The position numbers were made by a program, and so were the translations under genes. From the NCBI GenBank assembly GCA_963732385.1, contig CAVSZB010000005.1:39742-103741 (forward strand): a DNA stretch of 64,000 bases, written 5' to 3'. A model generated the notes under the pieces. That model saw nothing but the letters and a program-made list of their open reading frames with translations, had not been told where the DNA came from and ran no database searches. Origin of the DNA: an uncultured bacterium (GTDB lineage Bacteria; Krumholzibacteriota; Krumholzibacteriia; LZORAL124-64-63). Shown in pieces: positions 55,901-64,000 of this stretch (position 1 is its first letter; each line of letters begins with the position of its first letter).

Positions 55901-56434
55901 GACGCAGTGCGCCGCCGTGAGGACGTGCTGGGGGTCGATCAGGGTGCCGGAGCAATGGCCCCCGGATGTGTTGCCGCCATAGTAGAGGAACAGCTTGACC
56001 CGCCGCGGGTAATATCCGATCGCGGGATTGGCCACTTCGCTCCAGGTGGAGAAGTTCTTGGCCACCCCCTCGGGGTCGTCGAGCAGCTGGTCGATGCCGA
56101 ACCCTGCGCGGGTGTAGGGCTCGATCAGCCCCTTCAGGCCGTCGACGCTCCGCTCCCTGACGAGACCGGTGGCGCGATCCAGCGTCAGGATGCGGCTCTC
56201 GTCCTCCGGCGCGCCGGGCGCGCGGCGCGGCGGCGGCGGCGGCTCCATCGGCATGAGCGTGGCCAGCGGGCTCTGCAGGCGGTCGTCCGCCGTAGCTCCG
56301 GCCGCAGGATTCGGCTCCTGATCTCCAGGATCCGCCCCGGCGCCCCGCGGCAGGACAGCGATGATGAGCAGGAAGAGAGACGCCACGCCTGCGAAGGTCG
56401 ACAGGAGGGAGGCGCGGAAACGCACCGGCTGCAT
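52901..56434 (-). CDS. Secreted trypsin-like (S1) serine protease, multi-domain, with C-terminal T9SS-type sorting domain (Por_Secre_tail / FlgD-Ig-like)
   Basis: Signal peptide. GTLIDPQHVLTAAHC (S1 His motif). Repeated beta-rich domains. C-terminus NPFNPLTTICFTLPRTGPVRLAVYDLSGHLVRVL...SGVYVCRM is typical of the T9SS C-terminal domain. Confidence 0.75.
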   Translation of the reverse strand: MQPVRFRASLLSTFAGVASLFLLIIAVLPRGAGADPGDQEPNPAAGATADDRLQSPLATLMPMEPPPPPRRAPGAPEDESRILTLDRATGLVRERSVDGLKGLIEPYTRAGFGIDQLLDDPEGVAKNFSTWSEVANPAIGYYPRRVKLFLYYGGNTSGGHCSGTLIDPQHVLTAAHCVYKQDLSAFIDSVQVIPGYEQGQRPFGTAREAQIHVWTLWTEDYDYDHDVAVIDLDHPIGALTGWWGWGYDNDCDSWESSIWRHEGYPAEAPYTGELMYENAGSFDDCSQDGWDNRASWDGPTWGGTSGSGALKTTTGAIYAVLSTSDRSTVTVDCKVTETKFAQIGQMIAEDTPPEPDLIVMDANGPEEIESGNRMAWLDFAVFNYSSAAVSGTWTYRAYLSTDDSWSMDDVDMGPGSFVRTFAPQSGARITADVPPLIPPVTQSGTYFVIVSLVAPDWNNANNTGNGWNAHQIVVICPPAWPPALGMPIDGQICVAPDVLFTWNPVAPYADYQLQVGESCDGGTVVETSMTSHSWYGLSLGTTYYWRVRTRADCGDWGVWSACRSFRTAPNPAVVSTVVSPDDGEHCQGGSRFVLDWSPLPDAATYDLQLSPVYCYEGSITTGITGTTLAMPGLLPNTTYYWRVRAHTVCGQTTDWSSTPGFCWTFKTAPVLVAAPVRIGPGDGTACGSSSTVLSWNHIDDWDHYEVQIGTSCGVGSVGTTTSNTYTPSGLQSGLVYYWRVRAFHECGLVSDWTSCWSFSLDLEPPTNPTSLTSSSHTVGVWSTTDNTVSAQWNWGYDNCAGSWPQYATLWDRSAATAPTVVTTYGEFTAETSPPLPDGNDHWFHVRTVDYAGNYAAETLHLGPFWIDMAPPTAPGYDYATLDGGQTLGPTQLSIDWLPSTDATSGVAGYSYLVGGGATPPVTLDNTVETTDLTATSTLGKEGANYFHVRGVDVAGLGSTVLTHGPITIDPSLFGIYFLAPLRGNVLVEGTVYSIRWELYDGGPPAAQSGRLDYSLDAGATYVPIDTDLTPEEIKGERYFWTVPMASSEEAVLRLRVIDTAGHVVYVRSQRFTLQKVTAAPDRPAPDGLVLETARPNPFNPLTTICFTLPRTGPVRLAVYDLSGHLVRVLMNEVRAAGSHEIQWDGTGDHGQQVASGVYVCRMEADSFGETRRMTLVK

Positions 56435-56670
56435 GGCGCGACTCCTTTGCAGACGCGCGTGTGGCCGAAACGCGGCCGGACGGACAGGGTCGCCGGAGGC
56501 GAGATCCAGGCACGAGTGTAGCACGGATGACGAGGGCGCGACAAATCTCCCCGCGATTTGAACCCCTCCCGACCGCGACCGGCATGTGGCGGTGGCGAGG
56601 TGGCGGCCGGAGAAGATCAGGGCGGGTCGCTGACGTAGAAACGGGGGCGTCGGGCCGGAAGCTTACGAAC

Positions 56671-57708
56671 TCATGCTCCACCCGCGCCCCCGGCGGCAGG
56701 CGGGTCGGCTTCGTCGCGGTCGGGCCGCGGCCGCAGCCTGCGGTCCGTGAACAGGACGACAACGGCCGCCAGCGCCATGAGCAGCAGGAGGATGCCAACC
56801 GACCGCAGGTAGCGGGCCGGATCGCACATCGCGAAATCGGGCACGGCGTTGAGCGTCGTGTGGACGGCGATCGGCACGAGCAGGCTGCCGCCGCCGCGGA
56901 TGGTGATCCAGGTGAACAGCACTGTGACCGGCAGCGTCCACGCCTGTCGCAGGATCACCGCGCCGAGTCCTCCCCAGCGGGGGTCCGCCGTCAGGTCGAT
57001 CGGCGCGTGCCAGAACGCCCACCAGAAGCTGATGATGAGGCTCGCCTCGAACGGACTGCGCGTGCGCAGCAGGCGCGGCAGCCAGACGCCGCGCCACCCC
57101 AGCTCCTCGCCGAGCGAGCCGCCGTACAGCAGATTCACGGCGAGCGAGGTGACGATCGCCCCCGCGGCCAGCGGCGACACGGCCACGCCGGCGATCGGCG
57201 CCGAGCCGGCCCCGCCGTCGGCCGCCAGCAGCCACGACAGCCAGGCGCAGCCGGCGCAGGCGAGTGCGCCGCCCGCCGCCCAGACCGCCACTGTCCGCGC
57301 CCGCGCCGATCCATCCGGCCACGGCACGAGCCGGTTGCCGCCGCGCGCGAAATGGAACAGGACCCAGGCACCGAACGCAACGAGCGCCGCCGTCCACCGC
57401 GGCCCGATCTCCGCCAGCGACGGGAATCCCCGCGTCGCGATCAGCGCGCCCAGCCCCACGGCCGGCAGGTAGACGAGCGCCAGCGTGCGCCAGGCGCGCC
57501 GCGCTGCCCCCGCCTCGCTCCACGCGGCGACGATCAGGCCGGCGAAGGCCGGCGCGAACACCCCGACCTGCGCCACCAGCCAGTGGAGGTCCGGCGTCCG
57601 GATGTTCGGGCGCCCCAGCGCCCCCGACAGCAGCCAGAGAGGCCACGACAACGCGTACGTCAGCACGAGGAATACCGCCGTGCCGTGACGGGCGATCAGA
57701 CGGGTCAT
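56671..57708 (-). CDS. CPBP-family (CAAX/Abi) intramembrane metalloprotease
   Basis: EELGWRG, FWWAFWH and HTTLN motifs. Multi-TM. Confidence 0.75.
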   Translation of the reverse strand: MTRLIARHGTAVFLVLTYALSWPLWLLSGALGRPNIRTPDLHWLVAQVGVFAPAFAGLIVAAWSEAGAARRAWRTLALVYLPAVGLGALIATRGFPSLAEIGPRWTAALVAFGAWVLFHFARGGNRLVPWPDGSARARTVAVWAAGGALACAGCAWLSWLLAADGGAGSAPIAGVAVSPLAAGAIVTSLAVNLLYGGSLGEELGWRGVWLPRLLRTRSPFEASLIISFWWAFWHAPIDLTADPRWGGLGAVILRQAWTLPVTVLFTWITIRGGGSLLVPIAVHTTLNAVPDFAMCDPARYLRSVGILLLLMALAAVVVLFTDRRLRPRPDRDEADPPAAGGAGGA

Positions 57709-57991
57709 GTCGCTTCTTTCGCGCCGGGCAACCGGGTCGGGGTCCGGAGCGGATTATAGGGCGGGACCGGCCGACAGCCGACCCCTGTCTTCAGTCGACC
57801 GCGCTCGCACAGCCCGGAATCCGTGACGCGAGCGCGATGCGACCCGTCATGCCGCGCAGGAGAACCGGCTCCTGCGCGTTGTTGTCTGATGGCACCGGTC
57901 GGGACGCTGCCGCCGACGCGCCTGGAGCGGATCACCGGGACCGGAACGACGACGCGCCGCGATCTTCGGTCCGTTCTGGGGGGAGGACGAA

Positions 57992-58339
57992 ATGCAGACC
58001 CTCAAGTTCAGAGTCCTTTTGCTGGCCGGGACCGTGCTGGTCGCCATCTGCGGGGGTTGCGCGCCCATGCCGTATTACGACGCTGAAGTCGTGGTCTTCG
58101 CGCCGGGGCCCGACGTCTATCCGTGCCCGCCGTCCCGGCCGCCCCACGGCAGACCGTCGGCCACGGGGACCTCGCAGCCGACGCAGCGGGACACCCCCCT
58201 CGCTCACGGCCAGATCACGTCCGACTCCGCAACCGGGACCCGCGAATTGCGGCCGGAAGTCCGGGTCCGGGTTCCGCGTCCCGAGCCGGAAAGCACTCCT
58301 GAACGGGTCGCCCCCAGCGGCCGCACCCGCACGCGCTGA
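57992..58339 (+). CDS. Small lipoprotein (115 aa)
   Basis: Signal peptide plus lipobox AICGGC. Pro-rich. Confidence 0.4.
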   Translation: MQTLKFRVLLLAGTVLVAICGGCAPMPYYDAEVVVFAPGPDVYPCPPSRPPHGRPSATGTSQPTQRDTPLAHGQITSDSATGTRELRPEVRVRVPRPEPESTPERVAPSGRTRTR

Positions 58340-58368
58340 GACTCCGCCGGCCCCGGCCGGCACGTAGT

Positions 58369-60153
58369 TCAGTAGTAGTACCAGATCGAGGCGTACTCCT
58401 CCAGGTTCTCGCCGAGGGCATCCAGGCGTTCCAGATAGCCGAGGATCGGGACATCGGCGCCGACGTAGGAGTTGAACTCCGTAATGCCCTTCTCCCAGGA
58501 GTGGTACTCGTAGACGCGGGCGCCGTCGGGCAGCACCGAGATGAGATCACGATCCTGGCTGGAGCGCAGGTAGTTCTTGCCGAGGCCGGGCAGGTTGAAG
58601 ACCGGCTCGTCGGTGCGGCGCAGGCCCGGCAGGAGCCGGGCCTCCTCCTTCTGTTCCTGCACGAGGCGCGCGATCGGCACGCGATACGTCCTGGTCTCCT
58701 CCTTCCCCTTGGGCGCGAACGTGTAATAGGGATCGATGCCGCAGCGGCGCAGGAGCATGCGCAGGCGGGCCGCCTCGAAACGGCGTGAGACGAAAAATGT
58801 GAACACCAGCTGATTGTAGATGCCGACCCCCTGGCGCCGCAGGCGGTCCACGGCGGCCACCAGCTCCGGCGTGATCTCGTACGGGTGCTGCACGTGGGTC
58901 ACGAGGCAGACTTCGCGCCGTCCCGGCCGCCGCGCCGAGCCGATGATCCGCGCCAGCTTGTCGGTGATCCTCAGCGGCAGGGTGACCGGAACACGGCTGC
59001 CGATCCGGATCAGATCGAGGCTCGGCACGCGATCCAGCCGCTCGAGCAGGGCCGCGATCGCCTCGTCCGGCATGGCCAGCGGGTCGCCGCCCGTCACGAG
59101 CACCTCGCGCACGGAGGGATGCGTTTCGAGCCAGCGGCAGGCCTCCTCCAGGGTCCGGGCGGACGGGAACGCGTCCGGCGCCATCGCCTCGTCGATCTCC
59201 CAGTTGCGCTGGCAATAGACGCAGATCTGCGGGCAGGTGTTGAACGGCTTGAGGATCGCCACGGCGGGATAGCGACGTGTGACGAGATCGATGGGCGAGG
59301 TGTCGCGCTCGAGCATGAAGTCGCACGCCTGATCCTGGGCGCCGCGGTGCGCGGTCATCTCGCGCACGTAATCGCGGGGCGGCAGCACCTGCGCGCGCAG
59401 GGACCGGTCGCGTCCTGCCTCCGGATCGTCGTCCAGAAGCGCGGCGTAGAAGGGGGTGACGCCGAACGGCAATGCCGCCGCGCGGGCCGCGCGCGCGCTC
59501 GCCAGCTCCTCCGCGCTCAGGGTGGCCGCGCGCGCAAGCTGGTCCGGTTCGACGATCACGTTGGCGAGGTGCCAGCGCCAGTCGGACCAGTCGGCCGCGC
59601 TGCCGCCGAGCGCCTGCAGCACCTTCTCACGTCGGGCGGCGCGGCGCGCGATCGCCTCCGCCGCCAGTCCGTCGGCGTACCGCGCCATCGTGGTCTCGAC
59701 CCGGTCCCAGAGCAGATCGAGATCGTCGGAACGTGCGCGCGATGCCTCGCGGCCGGCCAGCGGCGGCCGCGGCTCCGGCTCGGGCGGAGCCTGGTTCAGC
59801 CAGGCCGCCAGACCACGCGCCAGGGCGAGCATCTCGGCGTAGAAGCCCGGGGTGAGATCGGGGCGCGGCCGGCCGCGCGCCAGATCCCACAGGGCCCCGG
59901 CCACGCTGAAGCCCGAGAGTTTTTCGGAGTTCTCCGTCAGCATGCCGCGCAGGGCGCGGGCGCAGTCGCGCGCCCGCACGTAGCGCAGGCTCTCGTGGCC
60001 GGCGCTCGCTTCCATGACATCATGCTGGAGTCGGGTCACCAGAACGTACAGGCGGCGGCGGGCCGTGGCCGATGTGGCGCAGTCGGCAATGCGGACGAGC
60101 AGAGGGGCGGCCTCCGCGAGGAAGGTCGCGCGGTCGGTGCCGGGGATCGGCAT
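58369..60153 (-). CDS. KamA-family radical SAM protein (lysine-2,3-aminomutase-like) with ~200-aa N-terminal extension
   Basis: Motif CPQICVYCQRNW (CxxxCxxC). The downstream KamA-type C-terminal region is conserved. Confidence 0.7.
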   Translation of the reverse strand: MPIPGTDRATFLAEAAPLLVRIADCATSATARRRLYVLVTRLQHDVMEASAGHESLRYVRARDCARALRGMLTENSEKLSGFSVAGALWDLARGRPRPDLTPGFYAEMLALARGLAAWLNQAPPEPEPRPPLAGREASRARSDDLDLLWDRVETTMARYADGLAAEAIARRAARREKVLQALGGSAADWSDWRWHLANVIVEPDQLARAATLSAEELASARAARAAALPFGVTPFYAALLDDDPEAGRDRSLRAQVLPPRDYVREMTAHRGAQDQACDFMLERDTSPIDLVTRRYPAVAILKPFNTCPQICVYCQRNWEIDEAMAPDAFPSARTLEEACRWLETHPSVREVLVTGGDPLAMPDEAIAALLERLDRVPSLDLIRIGSRVPVTLPLRITDKLARIIGSARRPGRREVCLVTHVQHPYEITPELVAAVDRLRRQGVGIYNQLVFTFFVSRRFEAARLRMLLRRCGIDPYYTFAPKGKEETRTYRVPIARLVQEQKEEARLLPGLRRTDEPVFNLPGLGKNYLRSSQDRDLISVLPDGARVYEYHSWEKGITEFNSYVGADVPILGYLERLDALGENLEEYASIWYYY

Positions 60154-60349
60154 CGGGCATCTCTCCTGTGCGCTTGCCGGTGAGGAGCCGGCGACGAGGG
60201 CTCCGTTCGGAATCGCCCGGGAGAGGGCGCGACGGAGGCCGTTACGTGTAGAGTAGCGCGAACGACGGCCCGGGGCAACGCCAGCCCGGACAAACGAACG
60301 GGGGCGGCGTCCGCCGCCGCCCCCCTCCGCACTTCGGACGGTGTCCGCC

Positions 60350-61562
60350 TCAGGGCAGCAGCGTTCCGCCCCATTCGACGACCGTCGCGCCGTTTCTCAC
60401 GAACGTATTCACCGGCGGCTCCGGCAGCGTCTCGCGCGTATCGCACCCCTGGAAAACGAACCACAGCCGCAGCAGCGAAGCGGGCGTCGGCGTGATGGCG
60501 AGTTCGACCCAGGGATCCAGGTCCGCCCCCACGAGGGGATGCACCCGATAGAAGGGCCGCTGGCCGAGCCTCTCGAGCCAGTAGACGAGGAAATCGCGCC
60601 GCTCGGCCGCGGTGAGACCGTATCGGGTCAGCAGAGCGTCCAGACCCGGCTCCAGGTCGGCCGCGGCCAGGCACCACCCCCGGGACAGGGCCGGCAGACG
60701 CGACAGGGAGGCCTCGTAGAAGAGATAGTCGTACCGGTCGTTGATGCGCCCGGTCGGCTCGACCTGCACGACCCAGCCCTGGCCGTAGTCGGGAATGCTC
60801 CTGGTCAGGCGCGTCCCCTGGTGCAGGGCGAGACAGACCTGAAAGCGGCCGGCCGTCTCCGGATAGATGTAGATGGCCGGCTTGTCGACATTGATGTCCT
60901 GCAGCCAGAGCGTGTCTAGTCCCGCGGCCGAAAGACCGTCGCAGAAGAAAACGTCGCTCTCCGCCGACACGAACGCGGGTCCGGTCTCCCCGGTCGCCAG
61001 CGTGGCCGACACACAGTAGTTGCCCGTGGCCACCGTCGTGAAGGCATACGCACCGTCAGCCGCCGCCAGCGTGCTGTCGGTGGCCACGAAACGCGCGCCG
61101 GCGAGGCGATGGAGTTTCACGCTGGCCTGCCCGGCCGGCTCTCCGGTGATCCCTTGCATCGCCGTCCCGCCGACCTCTCCGGCCACATCGATCGCCTGCA
61201 GCCGCAGACACAGATCTCCAGCGATCTTTCCGTCGACCGTCACCGGCGCCGAGCACGGGCTGACATAGGAGGGACGCGCAGCGTAAAGCGTATAAGATCC
61301 GCCATTGAGACCGCCGAACGCAAAACGACCGCGAAAATCGGCGAGGGTGCTGTCGATAACGGTCACGTACGGAGCGAACCACGAGATGAGCGGCAGCAGG
61401 TACACGGTCGTGCCTTCGGGAGAAGCAAGCGGAGCGGGCATCTCGATCGTGCCGGTGATGTCGGGGGGCGTGGTTCCGGTGGGGGTGCTGTCGCAGCCTG
61501 CGGCCAGCAGAGCGCCGATGAGGACGAGGAGGACGAGGGTGAATATCGGTCGGTAATTCATG
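60350..61562 (-). CDS. Lipoprotein of unknown function (404 aa)
   Basis: ATG at 61562. Signal peptide plus lipobox (LLAAGCDS). No catalytic motif recognised. Confidence 0.5.
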
Positions 61563-61716
61563 GCATCTCCCTCTGCGATGCCGCGCACCAGGCTGGGCGA
61601 CGCCCGCTCCACGGCGGTCCGGGGGACAAGGATCCCCCTGAAGATTCCCCCGCCAAAACGTACGGGATGCCCGGCATTCGCGCCAGCCCGGGAGGGCGAC
61701 CGGCGCCGGGCCGTCC

Positions 61717-62094
61717 CTATGACTCCGGTGTCGGCCGATCCGAAGTCGGCAGCTCGTGCTGCCGCAGAAAGGAAAGCTGGTCCCAATACCCGCGCTGGAA
61801 ACGGATGCGACCACCAACGACGTGGAAGAATCCGCATCCCCGAAGTCCCCCGGGGTCCCGCCATTCGAGAATCGCCCAGTCGCCGTCCGCGAAGAGATTC
61901 TCCACGATGCACACCATCTCCGCCCGCGCGAATTCGCGCTGAAACATGGCCGCGATGGCGGCCCGCCCTGCGGTGGGCTCCCACATGACCTGGTGGTTGA
62001 TCGCGTCATCCTCGTAGAGTGCGGCGAGGCCCGCAACATCGGCGCGATTGAAAGCATCGACCCACGCGCGAACAACGTCTTTCGGTGCTTGCAT
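61717..62094 (-). CDS. SnoaL-like / NTF2-fold protein
   Basis: VRAWVDAFNRADVAGLAALYEDDAI... is typical of the SnoaL_2/DUF4440 fold. Confidence 0.55.
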   Translation of the reverse strand: MQAPKDVVRAWVDAFNRADVAGLAALYEDDAINHQVMWEPTAGRAAIAAMFQREFARAEMVCIVENLFADGDWAILEWRDPGGLRGCGFFHVVGGRIRFQRGYWDQLSFLRQHELPTSDRPTPES

Positions 62095-62435
62095 CTCTCT
62101 CCCGGCGGCAGACTTCCATCTCCCGCGGATGGCCTGGTTGGTTCGCCGATGTGCTCGAGGATCCGCGCGGATTCGCCGCGATCGACCGGGAACTCATCCG
62201 CGTCTTCGCCAGCCAGTTGGCGGTGTCGCTGGAGAATCTACGTCTCAGCCACGAGATCGTCGAGCCCCAGAAGGAGGCCGTCCTCACGCTCGGCGGCGTA
62301 ATCGAAACCCGCTCCAAGGAGACCGCGGGCACGTGCCGCGCATCGTGGAGTGCGCGGCCCTGCTCCGGATGGTGTGACGCCGGCCGGCGGGCAGCCGCCG
62401 TTCCCGCTCCCCAGCGCACGCAACACAACGGATGA
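62085..62435 (+). pseudogene. Gene fragment resembling the GAF-to-HD-GYP junction of a signalling protein
   Basis: IDRELIRVFASQLAVSLENLRLSHEI...EAVLTLGGVIETRSKETAG resembles the end of a GAF domain and the start of an HD-GYP domain. The frame then degenerates. Confidence 0.35.
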
Positions 62436-62590
62436 CTCCGGGACCCCTCTGCTCTATAATGATCCGTCGGTCGACCATGGTCGGCCAAAGTGTAGATGCG
62501 GGGGAAGGCATGAGCCTCGCTCGGCTGCTGCACGCCCGCAGCGCCAGACCGGGCTTCCAATGCTGATCGTGCGGGCCGGAGGGATCGGAC

Positions 62591-64000
62591 CATGATACCG
62601 TCCCGACCCGGCATCGACCTGCGCTCCTCTCTGCTCTACGCGCTGCTCGGCGGCGCGTGGATCCTCTTCTCGGACCGCCTCTTACTCTCTATGAGCCGCG
62701 ATCCCGTGGCGTTTGCGCGCGTGCATAGCTGGGAGGGCTGGGTCTTCGTGCTCGGCAGTGCGCTCTTCATCTTTGCTCTCCTGCGGGTCGAATTGATCAG
62801 GCGTCACCGCACCGAAACCGCCCTGTACGCCAGAGAGGAACGTTTCCGCCACATCGCCGAGCGGATTTCCGACGTCGTCTCCGTCTGGGACGAACGGTCG
62901 CGCATCACCTACGTCTCGCCTTCGGTCACCCGCGTGCTGGGATACGAACCGCAGGAGATCCTCGCCTGGCGCAACCCGTCCGCTTTCATCCACGCGGAGA
63001 GCCAACCGGACTTCAAGGCCCTCCGGGAGAGGATCCTGACCGGGGCCGTCTCAGACATCGAGCGACTGGAAATCCGCTTCAAGCGCAAGGACGGGACCTG
63101 GGCCTGGCTGGATCTGGAGGCCACGCCGTTCCAGGCCGACAAACGGTTCGGGGGCCTGCAGGTCATCGCCCGCGACGTCACCGAACGCAAACTGGCGGAG
63201 GATGCGCTGCGCCAGAGCGCACGCAGCTATCGGGGCATTTTCAATGCCGCCACGGACGCCATCTTCGTGCACGACGCCGCGACCGGGACCATTCTCGACG
63301 TCAACGACGCCGCACTGCGCCTGTTCGAGGTCGACCGGGCGGAAGCTCTGAACCTGACTCCCGACGCGGCCAACCTCGGCGTCAGCCCCTATTCGGCGGT
63401 CGAGGCGAGACAGTGGATGGCCAGGGCGATCGCCGAGGGACCCCAGCTGTTCGAGTGGCTGGCCAGGAAGAAGAGCGGCGAGCTGTTCTGGGTCGAAACC
63501 GCCCTGAAATGCGCCGAACTTGACGGTCAGCAACGCGTGCTGGCGCTCGTGCGCGACATCAGCGAGCGCAAGCGCACCGCGGAGGTGTTGCAGGAGAAGC
63601 ACGAGGAACTGGAGCGCTTCTTCGGCCTCACGCTCGATCTGATGTGCATCGCCGACATGGACGGCCACCTCCTGCGCGTGAACCATTCCTGGAAACTGAT
63701 GCTCGGCCATGATCTGCAGCAGATGCAGGGGCGGAAGTTCCTCGAGTTCATCCACCCCGATGATGTCCAACCGACGCTCCAGGCGATCGCCGCCCTGTCC
63801 GCGGGCCGGGATGTTGTCGACTTCAGCAATCGATATCGCGGCCAGGACGGCAGCTACCGCTGGATCGAGTGGCGCGCGACCCCCTATCAGGGCAGGCTGA
63901 TCTACGCCGTGGCCCGCGACATCACAGAGCGCAAGCGCGCGGAACACCAGTTGATCCTGCAGCGCGATCTCGGCCTCGCCCTGGGCAACTCCCGCGACCT
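62591..64000 (+). CDS. Membrane-anchored multi-PAS sensor protein (N-terminal part; continues past window end)
   Basis: ATG at 62591, two TM segments, then at least 3 PAS repeats (ERKLAEDALRQS..., ERKRTAEVLQEK..., ERKRAEHQL...). The frame is open to the window end. Confidence 0.75.

Overview
The window is about 70% GC and is dominated by a type VI secretion system (T6SS) locus that appears split into two parts. At the left end, on the minus strand, lie tssK (partial), tssJ, a TPR/TM protein and a nine-gene FHA / PP2C / Ser-Thr kinase cluster that looks like a T6SS threonine-phosphorylation regulatory module. From 26.5 to 51.1 kb lies the main T6SS block. Its plus-strand side reads PAAR, an unknown gene, DUF2169, a phospholipase-D effector, LysM/PG-binding proteins, an HExxH metallopeptidase and a HEAT lipoprotein. 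Its minus-strand side reads tssA, tssB, tssC, hcp, tagJ, tssE, tssF, tssG, clpV, vgrG, then LysM-PGB, a metallophosphoesterase and another LysM-PGB. tssL and tssM are not in the window.

Between the two T6SS parts (12.2-26.5 kb) is a roughly 3.3 kb low-GC island of about 50-55% GC carrying three plus-strand genes: an unknown 238-aa protein, a DUF262 (ParB-like, DGQQR motif) protein, and a RelA/SpoT-synthetase-fold protein. This island is the best candidate for an undescribed defence or toxin module. The same interval also holds a ~477-bp direct repeat (a duplicated 3' fragment of a SIMPL/DUF541 gene) flanking an AlbA_2/HATPase_c_4 gene, rsgA, an AbiEii-like nucleotidyltransferase paired with a small upstream gene, and a cobalamin-dependent methyltransferase cluster (corrinoid protein, Hcy-methyltransferase domain, MetH-activation-like domain, and a non-Pyl MttB-family gene with an apparent 1-nt frameshift).

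The right end encodes a MATE transporter, a 1,177-aa trypsin-like protease with a T9SS-type C-terminal sorting domain, a CPBP protease, a KamA-family radical SAM protein, lipoproteins, a gene fragment (HD-GYP-like) and the start of a PAS sensor. Many long ORFs on the opposite strand of real genes are high-GC artefacts. No CRISPR array, rRNA or tRNA gene, or transposase/integrase was found; recognition is by eye only.
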